DNA of 64,000 nucleotides from Eledone cirrhosa (taxonomy: Eukaryota): contig OZ024740.1 of assembly GCA_964016885.1 (NCBI GenBank), positions 298,716,001 through 298,780,000 on the forward strand, read 5' to 3'. The notes under the pieces were generated by a model, which did not search any database, was not told where the DNA came from, and was given only the letters and a program-made list of their open reading frames with translations. A program made the position numbers and the translations under genes. Each line of letters starts with the position of its first letter. The first letter of the stretch is position 1. Positions 11,534-25,739 of the stretch are shown one piece after another.

Positions 11534-13338
11534 AAAAGATTGGTGCAGTAGCATCATTGTCAACTGCTACAAAGGTAAAGGCAATGCACTAGATAGAGGA
11601 AACTATAGAGGTATAAAGTTGATGGACCAGGTCATGAAAGTAACAGAAAGAGTTATAGCACAGCTGATTAGGGACCGGGTGAATATAGACGAGATGCAAT
11701 TTGGGTTTGTACCAGGAAGAGGCACCACTGATGCCCTCTTCCTTGTGAGGCATTTACAGGAAAAGTACCTAGCTAAAAGTAAGCCACTCTACTTGGCATT
11801 TGTCGACCTTGAGAAAGCCTTTGACAGAGTTCCACGTGCTGTAATCTGGTGGGCTCTTAGAAAACTAGGAGTAGATGAATGGCTTGTGAAAGCGGTACAA
11901 GCCATGTATAGGGGAGCAGTCAGCAAAGTTAGGATTAGCAATGAGTATAGCGAGGAATTTAGCGTACAGGTTGGGGTCCACCAGGGCTCTGTTCTTAGCC
12001 CTCTCCTGTTCATCATAGTCCTGCAGGCAATAACAGAGGAGTTTAAGACCGGATGCCCATGGGAACTCCTGTATGCTGATGACCTCGCACTCATAGCTGA
12101 ATCTATGGTAGAACTAGAGAATAAATTTCAAACCTGAAAGCAGGGACTAGAGAGAAAGGGTCTCAAAGTCAACATGACAAAGACTAAGGTCCTTGGAAGT
12201 AGACGAGAAAACAGAACCCAGATCCCCTCAGGGAAATGGCCTTGCTCAGTATGTAGGAAAGGTGTAGGTAGGAACTCCATTCTCTGCCCCAAATGCAAAC
12301 AATGGGTACACAAAAGATGTAGCGGGATCTCAGGAAGCTTAATTAAGAATGTAGGATTCACATGCAGCAGCTGTGCTGAAACAGCAAGCAGCAAACAGCC
12401 ACAGGAAACAAGTACCACCAATCTCTGGGAGGGCCCTGTAGAAACAGTAGACAGCTTCTGCTACCTAGGTGACTGAATTAGCAACGGAGGTGGGTGTTCA
12501 GAAAGTACAATAACTAGGGTAAGAACGGGATGGAAGAAGTTTAGGGAACTACTACCACTGCTAGCTGCAAAAGGCTTCTCCCTCAGAATGAAAGGCAGAC
12601 TGTATGATGCGTGTATCCGAACATCGATGTTGCATGGTAGTGAGACCTGGGCGCTGAAGGTGGAAGACTTACGTAGATTAGAGAGAAACGAAGCCTGCAT
12701 GCTCCGATGGATGTGTAACAGTAATATACGTGAACGACAAAGCATAAATGAATTGAGAGAGAGACTGAGCATAAGAGGAATCAAATGCTGTGTGCAGGAG
12801 AGGCGGTTGCGCTGGTATGGACATGTGATGCATATGAAGGATGACAGCTGCATAAAAAGGTGCAGAGCACTAGAAGTTGATGGAAACCGCGGAGTGGGGA
12901 GACCCAAGATGACCTGGGATGAGGTGATAAAAGCCGACCTTACCCAATTACACCTCTCAAAGGCAATGACACACGACCGTGACTTCTGGCGTCAAGCAGT
13001 AATACAGATTACCCGACCTCCCATGGGTACATGCTGAAGCATATAAACAATATGCCCCCACACCCCCCACTGCAAGGTGGTTGTGGAGGTGCCACGGCAA
13101 AAAAGCACCCAGCCCACACTGTAAAGTGGACGTGTAGGCGCCACGAAAAAGCACCCAGCACTCACTGTAAATGAGGTTGGTGTTAGGAAGGGCATCCAGC
13201 TGTAGAAATCAAGCCAAATCAGTTCCTGTATGAGCAAGGCATGGTCAGCCGACCAGACACTGCACACAACAGGACAACCCGTCTAACCCATGCTAGCGTG
13301 GAAGAACGGACGTAAAACGGTGATGATGATGATGATGA
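11531..13338 (+). mobile_element. 5'-truncated RTE LINE (RT, PHD-like finger, 3' UTR, (GAT)n tail) inserted in (TA)n
   Basis: [44 protein letters not shown]. In-frame TGA stops near 12135 and 12474. Confidence 0.96.
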
Positions 13339-13377
13339 TATATATATATATATTTATTTATATATATTTATATATAT

Positions 13378-13597
13378 GTAGGCTGCAAAGTGGTCGTGGA
13401 GGTGCCATGGCAAAAATGTGCCCAGCCCATACTGTAAACTGGACGTGTAGGCGCCACGGAAAAAAAAGCACCCAGCACTCACTGTAAATGAGGTTGGTGT
13501 TAGGAAGGGCATCCAGCTGTAGAAATCAAGCCAGAATTAGTTCCCGTCCCACCCTTGCAAGCAGGGAAAAGCGGACGTAAAATGATGATGATGATGA
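13378..13597 (+). mobile_element. Extra RTE 3'-UTR/tail copy
   Basis: Near copy of 13068-13225 ending in gcggacgtaaaatgatgatg. Confidence 0.85.
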
Positions 13598-13711
13598 TAC
13601 GCATATATATTTGCTTGTATATACATATATCATGCATATACATATACCATATATATATATACCATATATATATATATGTATACATACATGATATATATAC
13701 ACATACATATA

Positions 13712-14530
13712 TCATCGTTGTCATTTAACATCCATCTTCCTCACTAGCATGTGTGGGACGGGTTGACCCTTAGGGAGAAAATCAGGTTAGAGGACCATGT
13801 TTAGCTCACCTGGGGCAGATCTTGGCTTGGTTTCAGTTGGGTGCCCTTCCCAATGCCAACTCCATTTACAGTGTGTGCTGGGTGCTATATGTTGTGTCAC
13901 CTACACGGCCACATTACAGTGGGGACTGGGCACTTTTGTCTTGGAACTAGGAAGGAGGGTGGGGAGTTTGGGGAAATTGCAGACATAGGTAATAGGGAAG
14001 GGATCGTTACCACAAAGGGAGGTGAATGCGAGGGGGGGGGGGGAAGGTTGAGCAAGGTATTGCCTTCTAGGTATAAGCATCAAGCTGAGAATAATAGAGG
14101 GCGGTTTTTTTGTAATACAGTATAGCACCAGAGGTCGTGGTCCTATTTCATTGCCTTTGAATGGTGTAATTGTGCAAGGTCAGCTTTTATTGCCTCATCC
14201 GGAGTCTTCCTAGGCCAGCTACTCCTACTCCACGGCTACCATCAACTTTGAGCGCTTTGCACCTTTTATACAGCTGGTATCCTTCATACGCATTACATGT
14301 CCATACCAATGCAATCTCCTCTCCTGCATGCAAAACTGATCCCTCTTATGTCTAATTTCTCACACAGTACATTTATACTTTCACATATATTGCTATTGCA
14401 TATCCTGCGAAGCAGGGAGGCTTCATTTCTTTCCAACCTTCTCAGGTCCTCAGCACACAGTGCCCAGGTCTCGCTGCTGCGCAACATTGCTGTTCATATA
14501 CACGCATCATACAGTCTGCCTTTCATTATA
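13712..14530 (-). mobile_element. RTE LINE 3' fragment
   Basis: SETWALCAEDLRRLERNEASLL motif with the 3' UTR on the minus strand. Confidence 0.85.
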
Positions 14531-14631
14531 TATATATATATATATATATAGATTTACATACAGTGTAGTGGGATTGCAGGTAGGCTGACAGAGAAGGTAG
14601 GCTTCATATATAGCAGCTGTACAGGAGTAGT

Positions 14632-15130
14632 TACTGTATATACTTGAATATAAGCTGATCTAAATACATGCAGACCCTCGATTTTATGTCTGAGAAATGG
14701 GCAAAAATCCAAACCCCGTGTATAAGCCGAGACATCTAATCAATACATTGTTTAGATGGTGCAGTTTTGATTTGAAATTCTCATGAGTGGAGAATATATT
14801 TATAAAGTTTTAATATTTTGGTATTTAAAATATTTTAAGTGTGGTTTAAAGTATAGTTTCTGTTTCATAACTCCAATACATAATGATTTTTTTACCAATT
14901 TCCAATTGTTGTGAAGGCAACATTCATTCAAAACAAATTTCACCTCCAAAGTGAAATTGGTGTAATATTTGCTTCGAAAGCAAAATATTTTAGCATCTCA
15001 TTTATGTAGAATTTGAAGTTGGTGAAAATCGGTAAAATATTGACCTTAGATATAATCCCCCACCCCCATTTTATCGTTGATTTTTTTTTTTGTCACATAT
15101 TCCTCAGCTTATAAACAAGCATATATGGTA
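14632..15130. mobile_element. Pogo/Tc2-like MITE inserted into a decayed RTE fragment (about 14555-15650, +)
   Basis: Imperfect TIRs tactgtatatacttgaatataagctg / cagcttataaacaagcatatatggta. RTE homology lies on both sides. Confidence 0.65.
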
Positions 15131-18100
15131 GTTGTAAGAATTTGTTATCTATGTCATTAGGATGTGGGGTTTCTGAAAGTGTAGTTGCCAGAGTAAGAAT
15201 ATAGTGATAAAAGTTCATGGCAGTATTACACCTGCTGGTGGAAAGATTTATTCTCTGATGTTTGTGTACAAAGTGCTATGTTGCATGACGTAGGCAGTAG
15301 ATTTATAAAAGCCACAAAGTAGTGAAGTCGGCATACTCTATTAGATATATATTGTTAATGTACATGAACAATGAAGTACAAATGAACTGAAAGCTGGATA
15401 TAAGAGGAATCAAATGTCATGTGCAAAAGAAAGCACTTCACTGGTATGGACCTATGTATATGGAGGATCATTCAAAGTGGATGAAACTTATGGAAGATAT
15501 AGACCTAGCAAGACATGGCAGAATTATTATGAATTTTGAAATCAAGAAACTGAACCTCATGAAAGAGATGACAAAGAACTGCAATGAATGGTGATACCCA
15601 CAATGCTGGAGAAGACCTACCATGCTAGCATGTCAAAATGGACATAAACATAGAGGTGGTCTCTTATCTATTGTGTTCTTGATGAGCCTCCATCTATTCC
15701 TTCACTACCTGCTCATCTTTCATTTCCACTCTCCCATTCATTGTTCCATGCTGACTGTGTAACAAGGAGTCACATTAGATCTATCTCTACTGAATCATTC
15801 CACCATTACTCTATTTTTTTCTATTAAAAAATGTGCATCAGATCTCTTCATATCCAATGACATCATCCTTCTACACTGCTAACAATTGATCATCCACTCT
15901 CCTATATAACACCCACCTTTCTTTCACAATTTCTATTGATATTCATCACTTCATTTTTTCTTATTGCTCATCTTTATTGCTATCCTCCAATCCTTCTTAC
16001 ATTACCCCCTCCTATGAGCTTCTATATATCATTCTCTCTCCTTCACTTCCATTACTCCTTCTTCTCTTGAACCTGTCTGACCTATCAATTCCTTTCTTTT
16101 TTGCATTACACTATTCTTAGTGTCTTATTATTCAATCTCCTTATCAATAACCAACATGTAGCTGCATGCAACACTTTCTTCCATTACTACTATTTCTCCA
16201 TACTTGTACTCATACTCATTCTTCATTCATTCTCATGACCTGTTTCTTTCTCTGTCTTTGCCCATTTTGGTCACATATGTTTGAATGGGGTCAACAAAGA
16301 GTAGAGAGGGTTCTTTAACCTTGCAAAGGGAGAAGGCAAATGAACAAAGACACCATAAGGTCAAGAAGACTTTATTTATGACTACATTCTGTAAAGAGGT
16401 TTGCATTAGAAAAAAACATGCAGCTGTAGAAACTACACTAAAATTGGATTGGACAGATGAGTAGTAACTCTAAATAAGAACATGGACTATGACAAATTGT
16501 CCAACATATGCCAGCATGGGAAGTAGACATACAAAGATAATGGTGTTGATTTTAACATCTCTGTTACAATGTAGGTCTGCTGAATCCCAGTCTCATTTCA
16601 ATAATTCAAATTCCCTCTCCTTTTCAATTGGACTACTTTTAGACCATGGCTCTTAAAATGGTAAAGGGCAATATTGGAGGGATTTAGTTACTAATTTTAG
16701 CAGGTCAAGGGACCATTTAGAAGTTTTACATTGTCTTATTTTCATTGGGGTGGCATCTAGACTCTTGATTACCATATTTCTAATGAACCACATTATTTAC
16801 GTGTTTCAATCAATTAAAAAAATAATCGAGAATTTGAAGAAATTTAGTAAAATAACTAATTTTTTCATTATTAAGATAGTGTTGTGGAGTGTTACTTAAT
16901 AAAGTGTCCTCATATTATGATGAAGGTTTGAATATAAGTATGAACAATTTAAAATAAGCAGTTTTGTATCATTGAGACTTGTGCAGTTCCAGGCAGGTTG
17001 GTATCAAAAAGGTTAACACCCAGCTAGACCTTGTGTGCCTTTTACAGAATTTACTCTTTTGCAGTTGTCCAGTTCAGAACCTTTCCACCCATGTTTTTTT
17101 CTCTTCTCTAGTAGACACCAATCTCTGCAATTTAAGAATGTTTGTAAAAGTCATGATAACTGCTCTTCATCCACTGGCTAATCCGTAGAATAGAAAAAAA
17201 TGTATTTTTTACGCATGATAACCACTTGGGTGTGGTAGCAAGTTATCCATGAGCCAAAACCATGATTGGGTTTTGATTTACATCTGTAACTGCTTTGTAA
17301 AGATATGAATACTTTTTGGGCAAGAAATGAACAGTACAATTTTCCATGGATCCTGTCATCTAAATCGGTGGCTTCATGCATTATGTATAATCTCATATTT
17401 TGCTGTAGAATAATTGAATCAAATGACATTTACATGCAGAACAAACATGCCCTTCTCTAGAGTCCAAAGGATTATTTATAATACACAGATCATATAAAGC
17501 GTAGATTGCTTCAAAGAAACTAGACTATCTGGTGTCAGTTGTTATACAGTTTTGTTGCAAGTTACAAATGTTTACATTGTGAAAAATATTTGCATTGTAG
17601 TTCAAAGAGTTAAATGTGAAATCTGAACGGCATATGAATCAGAAAAAGAAGACAAATTGACACTGTATAAAACAAATTTTTTTCTCCTTATCAAAACATA
17701 CAAATAATGTTAATATATTTGCATGTAGTAGAACACCTTCAGGGTTAAGATGCTTCTGAAAATAAAATATATATAAAAAAAGCAACCAAAAAAAAACATC
17801 ATTATCATCATCATTAACAACAAGCTAACATTGAAACAAACTGTCATTCCTCGAAAAAAAAAAAAAATTCTAACATGAAAATATTCTTTTTCATCTATCA
17901 TAAAAAAAAAAATATATTAAATAAAATTAGACTGAATCAAATCTACCTCCTGGCCACCATTTATAACAAAAAACCCCCCCAAAACAAACAAATGAAACAA
18001 AACAGCTAGTGTTGTATTTATATATAAGTTGTTTGTATAAAACATCAAATTGTATTTTTTAAAAAATAAATAAGCTCTTTGTTGTTGCTGTTGACAACAG

Positions 18101-19119
18101 TAGTTGTCTGGATGAATATGAGAAAACAAAATGATAAAGCACTGTGATATGGTAGACCATGTGACGTCAGTATATAGGTGCTAATTGAAATAAAAACAAG
18201 AACATCAACAATAGTAGTAGTAGTCATAGTAGTGATGATCTTTTTTTAATTTGGCACTGGAGTTTTGATTAAAAAGGACATTTCATAAACAGGTTACACA
18301 AAGTGTAAGAGTTTACATTGTAATTAAGGAACTCCACAAATCCACGGTCAACCTGAAAATAGATCAACTCAGTCATGTCATTTTTGCCACAGTCACCTAC
18401 CATTTAAAAAAAATCAGTGTAGGAGAGCACCTCCCTTTACACTCTTGCCCTCTTCTCCAAGTGGAATGTGAAAAAGTCGATGAGAGCGTAACTGAAAAGG
18501 GAAGTATCTCAACCTCATTCATCATCTGACATCTTTCAAAACCACAACCAGACTTACATAAACTGCTTACTCTTCCCTGTTGAAGGAGAGAAGCAGGGTG
18601 ATCTTCCCAATGGAGTTGGCTGATAACTGAATATCTTTTACACATGGCAGCAGCTGTTTGACATAACTCTACAAGTTAGTAATGTCCAACATAGAAATGG
18701 TAAGGGGTGTATGGATATAAAGACCCTCTCCATCCTTTAAATAATCTTTACTGCCACCTAAGTAGCAGATTATATTTCTAATTTGAATGACCAGTTATAA
18801 AAATGCTTTCAGCAGGGCATAGTTCTGGGATCATTTTGAGGTCTTGTGGGGGTCATAAGATCTTGTATATACAGAGGGACCTCACTTGCCCACATATTGC
18901 CATTAAAATGATACCATAAACTTATTGGTGTTTGTGTGGTGGGGTATAGAATCCACTGAATCTGCTTCATGATATACCCAGAAAAGTGAAAGGCAAAGGT
19001 GATCCTGGCAGAATTTGAAACTGTGTGTATGTGTTTGTGTGCGTGTGTGTGCTCATGCATGTGCATGCACGCAATCAAATATTAAAGGATGTTCTATCTT
19101 TTCTGCTACTTGATAACAC

Positions 19120-19361
19120 TTAACCCATTAGCATTTACATTACTCTATATAAACTATTGCATTTTCGTGGTTAAGGCTTTACCTCACATAATTACCTCAC
19201 ATAATTATCTCACATAATATCGAATCTATGAGATTTTGATATTATTTATTTTGAGAACAATACCTTAATATCTGCATGAACAGCCAGTGAAGGCTAGTTT
19301 GAACAGAGAGAAATGAAAGAATTCTGGCTGGATATGGCTGGTTTAAATGCTAAAGGGTTAA
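19120..19361 (+). mobile_element. TTAA-flanked piggyBac-type MITE, family B
   Basis: ttaacccattagcattta...taaatgctaaagggttaa termini. Confidence 0.8.
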
Positions 19362-20071
19362 TCATAGTCATTTCTTACATGGTTGCTGCACCCTAAATTT
19401 GTTGTTAGTCGGTAGAATAAGTCAATTCGTTGTATTTCAGTCATAATTGGTACTTATTATTTTCAAAGGTCTATAGAATTTAAACATTTTAATAATGTAC
19501 ATTAAATTAAAACATGACTAACTAAATGCTAATTGTGATAATTAATACTCTAAATTATTCTGTTCCCATGATTAAATAATAAAGCATTTCTTTTTAATGA
19601 TAATTAGAATAATTGTTTTGAAGTTTTAATGCTATAAAAATAATTTATTCTCTCTCTATGTTTGATTAGATGGTTTTGTTAATTGACTAATTTTCTGAAT
19701 TATTCAAGCAATTCAGGCCATATACTAAGTTGGTAAATAAATACAAGGTTAAGATTCTTGAGGTATCTCGTTGCAGATGAGTTTGCACCCAGATTCTGAC
19801 TATTTACTATTTTTATGAGTTCTATTTAGAAGACAGCTTTGCTCAGTATGTTGGAAGCAAAGAGACATTTGTATAATCTTGCAAAAGATTAGTGCACAAA
19901 ACATACTTTGAGATTTCTGACTGCATAATTCAACTGTTTTAAAACTATTTGCAATGTCCTTATGTTTTAGTGTAAAAAACTGTTTTTACTCAAAGAAGCT
20001 TAACTACAGTTAAAAAGGTAGTGTGGTAGGGAACTAGAAGGTATTGTTGAAGGAATATGGTATAAGTTGTT

Positions 20072-20310
20072 TTAACCCTTTAGCATTTACATTATTCTAT
20101 GTATACTATTATATTTTCATGCTAAAAGCTTTACCTCACATAATATCTCACATAATATCTCACATAATATCGAATCTATGAGATTTTGAAAGTATTTATT
20201 TTGAGAACAATACCTTAACATCAGTTTGAGCAACCAGTTACAGCCAGTTTCAACAGAAAGAGGTAGAGAATTCTGGCCGGTTTTGGCCGGTTTGAACATT
20301 AAAGGGTTAA
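20072..20310 (+). mobile_element. TTAA-flanked MITE, family B
   Basis: ttaaccctttagcattta...aaagggttaa termini; highly similar to 19120-19361. Confidence 0.8.
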
Positions 20311-20462
20311 AGAGGCAGTCTTTGGTGATTTAATAGTACTAATAAAGAATACATATTTCAGCTTATGAGAAACTATCTATGTCTACAAACTATTATTTTC
20401 TCTTATATTTCACCTCTAAAAATTAATTATGGCTCTTCTAACCTTGTTTCTGTATATTTTAG

Positions 20463-20533
20463 GTGTTCTGTACTGTGGCTTTCGACTCTTTGGAATCAGC
20501 TCTGAAATCAGGGCCATCTTCTATCCAGAAAAT
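20463..20533 (+). CDS. PNPT1: PNPT1 internal coding exon (71 nt): VFCTVAFDSLESALKSGPSSIQK(I)
   Basis: Acceptor tattttag|GTG and donor AAAAT|gtgagt. Translation resembles human PNPase VLCTVTFDSLES. Ends in phase 2 and joins the next exon in frame (at+a = Ile). Confidence 0.93.
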
Positions 20534-21172
20534 GTGAGTTATCTTAATCCATATTTAAATCTATTCTCTCTGTCTTGCTTTTTAAAAATCTATCTACCTA
20601 GCTGCTTGTCTGTCTACATGTTTCAGTCATTGGACTACAGTTGTGTCAAAGACATGATACCCCCCCCCCCCACCTTCCCCCCGTGCACTTGGGAGAACGT
20701 GAGACTACATAAGCGAGACGACAGCCCCTGGCCTGCCTGGGAGATCAGTAGCTCAGCTTCACTATTGACTTGGTCTATGTAGACCTGTCCAATCCTTGCT
20801 AGCAGGGAAAGTGGTTGTTGAAAGGACGATGATGATGAATGTAAAGAGCTGGAAAAATATGACAAAGCATTCATTTACAACTAAATACCACAAAACATTT
20901 TGTTTGGCTATTTTTATGATTCCTCCAATCCACCAGCCACTACAGTGTATTTAATGGATGTTTTATTATCTTCACCAATACTAAGACACAAATCACTACA
21001 CATATAGAAACCCCCACCCCAATCCTGCTAACATGAATAACTAACACTTTAATACATAACTAAGACTCTGAAGGTTGCTAGAAAATGCTAGTCTACAATA
21101 TCACTTAGGATTAATGTCCATCTTTACCATTGATAAAACTGGCTCCCAAAGAAAGGATTTCTTCAGAGTCTA

Positions 21173-22073
21173 CTCCAGCATCTGGGACAGTGCTGCTGAT
21201 ATAAATACAGACCAGATCCCCAAAACTATTCCAGCATCTGGGACAGTACTGCTGATACAAATACAGACCAGATCCAAAGAACTACTCCAGCATCTGGGAC
21301 AGTACTGCTGATACAAATACAGACCAGATCCAAAGAACTCCAGCATCTGGGACAGTACTGCTGATATAAATACGTACAGATCCAAAGAACTCCAGCATCT
21401 GGGACAGTACTGCTGATACAAATACAGACCAGATCCAAAGAACTACTCCAGCATCTGGGACAGTGCTGCTGATATAAATACAGACAGATCCAAAGAACTC
21501 CAGCATCTGGGACAGTACTGCTGATATAAATACAGACAGATCCAAAGAACTCCAGCATCTGGGACAGTACTGCTGATATAAATACAGACAGATCCAAAGA
21601 ACTCCAGCATCTGGGACAGTACTGCTGATATAAATACGGACAGATCCAAAGAACTCCAGCATCTGGGACAGTACTGCTGATATAAATACGGACAGATCCA
21701 AAGAACTCCAGCATCTGGGACAGTACTGCTGATATAAATACGGACAGATCCAAAGAACTCCAGCATCTGGGACAGTACTGCTGATATAAATACAGACAGA
21801 TCCAAAGAACTCCAGCATCTGGGACAGTACTGCTGATATAAATACAGACAGATCCAAAGAACTCCAGCATCTGGGACAGTACTGCTGATATAAATACGTA
21901 CAGATCCAAAGAACTCCAGCATCTGGGACAGTACTGCTGATATAAATACAGACCAGATCCAAAGAACTACTCCAGCATCTGGGACAGTACTGCTGATATA
22001 AATACAGACAGATCCAAAGAACTCCAGCATCTGGGACAGTACTGCTGATATGAATATAGACCACATCCAAAGA
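21173..22073. repeat. Minisatellite, about 17 copies of a 52-bp unit (53- and 56-bp variants)
   Basis: Unit ctccagcatctgggacagtactgctgatataaatacagacagatccaaagaa, with starts spaced 52 nt apart (21498, 21550, 21602...). Confidence 0.97.
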
Positions 22074-23263
22074 AAGTCCATTTGACTGATTGGCCTGAAA
22101 TCATGATCAGTGTAGACCAACTTCTGGTGCATAGATGTAGTCTCCACTCTTTCTCTCTTTCATTGCTACTATATTGGCATCCGCTCCTTGTAGCTGACTG
22201 GTCTTGTACCAACTCCAATGTTTCTGGCTTGGTTTCTACAGCTAGATGCCCTTCTTAATACTAACTACAGTGTGGACTGGGTGATTTTTATCGTAGCACT
22301 AAAATGACCAACTGACAGGTTGGACTGGGTACTTTTTCATCATATCACCAGTGTGACCATCTTACAAAGTAGATCTGGTGCTTTTTTGTTGTCACCAAGG
22401 GTTGACTGGATGCTTTTTGTCATGTCACCAACATGATCACTTTACAGAATGTTATTACTATAGAGACAATGACTAATTAGATAAAATAGCTGACTTTAGT
22501 TTCAGCATGAGTGTTTTTTATTGTAGGAAGTAACCTAACTATTCTTTGTCAGATGAGATGAGAAAGAGCAGTATCTATGACCTTTGTATGCTTTCTGATT
22601 GAGAATAGTGTGAACTAAACATTGCGAAAAATCATAAATTGTTGCTTCTTTTGATGTATGGTACAGCTGTCAATTAGAACAAATGCCTTACTCTTTTTAT
22701 CCAATTTGTAAATTATATATCAATAGTCTCAAGATGAGCATTTTATACGTGCAAATAGGAAGCATATATTTGGGGGGAATGAATAATGTTCTGGGTTGAT
22801 AAACAATTTTATTATATTTCATAATGACAGTTGGAATAGAATGGATCTCTGCTGGAGGGAAAGCAACCTTCTCAACCATTCGATCATATTATATATACAA
22901 AGTCATACATATTCAGTTATATTGATTGGAACATTTTCTCTGCTGATTGCTACATTAAAAATTTGAAATTATGTTTCAAAAACATCTTTTAAAGTCATAG
23001 CAATTTTTATTTTTAGTTTAGTATTTTAAATTTATAAACAGAGATATTTTTATAAATCAACTAATAATGAAAGGTGGGTCTTAAATTTAGAACATGCTTT
23101 TTTAATGGTATTACAATAAGTACTCAAATAGAAAAAAATCTATTTTAAAATCAAAGAAACAAACTGTTTCAAAATTGAATTAGGAAATAAACCAGTATTT
23201 AACTTACTGTCTCAGTTGGATTTGTTTTTATTTCTGTTTAAAATAGGTTCATTATTAAATAAA

Positions 23264-23674
23264 GGCAGTGAATTGGCAGTATTGGCAGAGGGTCAGACCC
23301 CATGCTTTGCAGCATAGAGTTATGGCCCTTCGTGGTCTGAGTTCAAATCTCGTCGAGGTTAACTTTGCCTTTCATCCTTACAGGGTCAATAAAGTAATGC
23401 ACTGGGATAATTGCAAGCCTTGTTCCAAAAGTAGAAACAATTATTAAATAAGGGCAGTGGATAGGCAGTATCAGTAAAACGTCAGGCACCATGCTGTACA
23501 GCATAGAGTTATGGCCCTTTGCATTCTGAGTTCAAATTTCGCTGTGGTTAGCTTTGCCTTTCATCCTTATGTGGTCGATAAAATAAAGCACCAGTAATGC
23601 ACTAGAGTTGATTTAATCAATGTTCCCCTCCCCTTCAAATTGCTTGCCTTGTTCATAATGTAGAAACAATTGTT
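23264..23674 (+). mobile_element. Two tandem tRNA-derived SINEs with a Deu/Nin-like core
   Basis: A-box-like tggcag..tcggtaga, B-box gagttcaaat and core gcctttcatcctt..gggtcgataaa..gtaccag. Confidence 0.85.
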
Positions 23675-24529
23675 AAATAGTTTGCTTTTAATTAGTTTAA
23701 AAAAATTTCTTAGTAAATAATATTTTTGTCTGCTTTTAGTAGACCTAACATGACACTTGTTTTAAAAACACAACTTGATCCTTGTGTGCCTTTAGCAGAG
23801 TTTACTAAAATGCAAACATTTCAACCAGACTCATGATTCTGATGTTGCCCAAATGCTTCCTGCATATCTTGACTTGCAAGTCTTCAGGCAGAACATCTTC
23901 TGCATCAACCCTTCCAGCCTGGATGGGCCTGCAAACATCATGGATACTACTCTGCTTTCCACTAATAACTTCTTTGAAAATTTAAAACTTTATATAAACA
24001 GTTCTGTTTTATAAATCTGAATGTTCAAACTAAACACATTACAAAATGTGGAAAAAAGAAACTTGAAAATAAATTGCCATTTCTTGTTTAAACTGTTTTC
24101 AAATTCAATAGCTGCTATGTGCTATTGTTTGGTTTAAATATACTGACTATATGTGTATGTCAGATGCAGAGTTTGTTTGCAAGGTAATGTCTAGGAACCA
24201 GTAAAGAAAAAAAGGAGAAATTATTTTCTGATATTCTATAAGAGAGAGAGACCAGTTATATTATATCATCTTTAAATTTGAGGCAGCTGCTCTGTTTTAT
24301 TTTTTTATGATTTGATTACAAAGCATTCTTCATTGCTTTTGGGCAGCAATGTATGTGATTTTACAAGTTTTTGTGTGTATGTAGCCTACTCTAGCCAGTA
24401 AAATGTCAGACTTGATTTGAGGCACAATGCCATATGAAAACAATGGTTGCAAGGTTTAAGCACCAGACTGCTGGTCACATAGTCTTAAGTTCAATAACAA
24501 TGAGAAGATATGGTACTGATGTTAAGAAG

Positions 24530-24800
24530 GGTATTTTCTTCTTTGCACACTTATTCATGAGAGGGTCGTGGGGGCAGAGTCCTCAAACATTCCTTCCAGC
24601 AGGTCCTGTCAGAAACAATTGTTTCTAACTGATCTGGCTGGATCCCCAAGTGAGACCAGCTGAGCTCATGAAAGTTATCCAACCATCTTGCTTGGGGGTC
24701 TACCCCTGGGTCTCCTGCTGGTTGGTTTTGCCTGTAAAATCTGCCCTGATACATTTTAACCACACTCCCATAGTATCGGAGCTGTGATCTCTCAAATGTC
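24530..24800 (-). mobile_element. 3' fragment of another RTE family (also 39620-39930 on + and 54355-54650 on -)
   Basis: ARWLDNFHELSWSHLGIQPDQLETIVSDRTCWK...LPPRPS is shared among the three copies. Confidence 0.7.
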
Positions 24801-25739
24801 ATACATTCTCATTGCTACTTCTCTTTAATTTTAAAGCTTTCAACATGTGTATGAATGTTTTTATTTTTTTTAACATTCATTTTCCCAAATTTTTAATGGC
24901 TTATATGTTTGAGAAATTGTTTTTAAATGTCGATGCCCATCCTACCACTAAACACTCAATCAAGAGATAGGAGTAGAACATGCATTTTGCTCAATCTAGT
25001 AAAGTTAAAGTAGAGCAAACATTACAAGGCAAATCATAATCCCTGTAGTATAATGTGAACTTAAGGCCATATGGTTAATATCCTGGTCATAGATCTTGCA
25101 ACTATTGTATTCCATATGACATTATACAGTAATCATCATCATTATCATTTTCAATATTATTTCTGTTTAAACCAACATGTAAATGTTTAGTGGCCTGTCT
25201 CATATCTTTTTTTGTTTGTTTCACCGTTTTAATCTCAATTTTACTTCTCTTTACCACAAATTCCTTGTTTCTTATGACTTCCTCTCATCATATACATATG
25301 CAGTTCTTTTTTTTTTACACATCCTACTTTCTCTGTACTCTACCCTCATCTTCTCTCCATCTTCTTACCATTTCCAATTCTGTCTCAGTCTTACCAATTT
25401 GTTCCAAATACTTCCCTTCATTTAATGGCTAAAGAGAAAAAGAAAACAGAACAATAAAAGAAAGACAAATATACAAATACACAAGAATAAATATATAAAA
25501 GCAACAACAAGAACAACTAGACAAACAACAGTTGTATTTCAAAACTCACAAGTCAATAGATCCGTAAAGAGTTGGGAACAATTGGAAATTTCTCCTAAAT
25601 TATGGTTTTTGTTTGTTTAGAATTTTAAACATGACTTGTTTACTCACTCTTATTTCTTCCTTTTGTTAAATTCGTTTGATGTTTTCTAAAATCAAAGCTT
25701 TTTGCCTATATTGCAATTATTGGTGTAGACACAAGTGTA

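Noticed and set aside
20429-20782. 117-aa ORF over the first PNPT1 exon
   Set aside because: Wrong frame; the conserved reading is the spliced 71-nt exon.
21170-22218. Long overlapping minus-strand ORFs (227-262 aa) and a CRISPR-like periodic look
   Set aside because: The 52-bp unit simply has no stop codon on the minus strand. There are no unique spacers, so this is neither a gene nor a CRISPR array.
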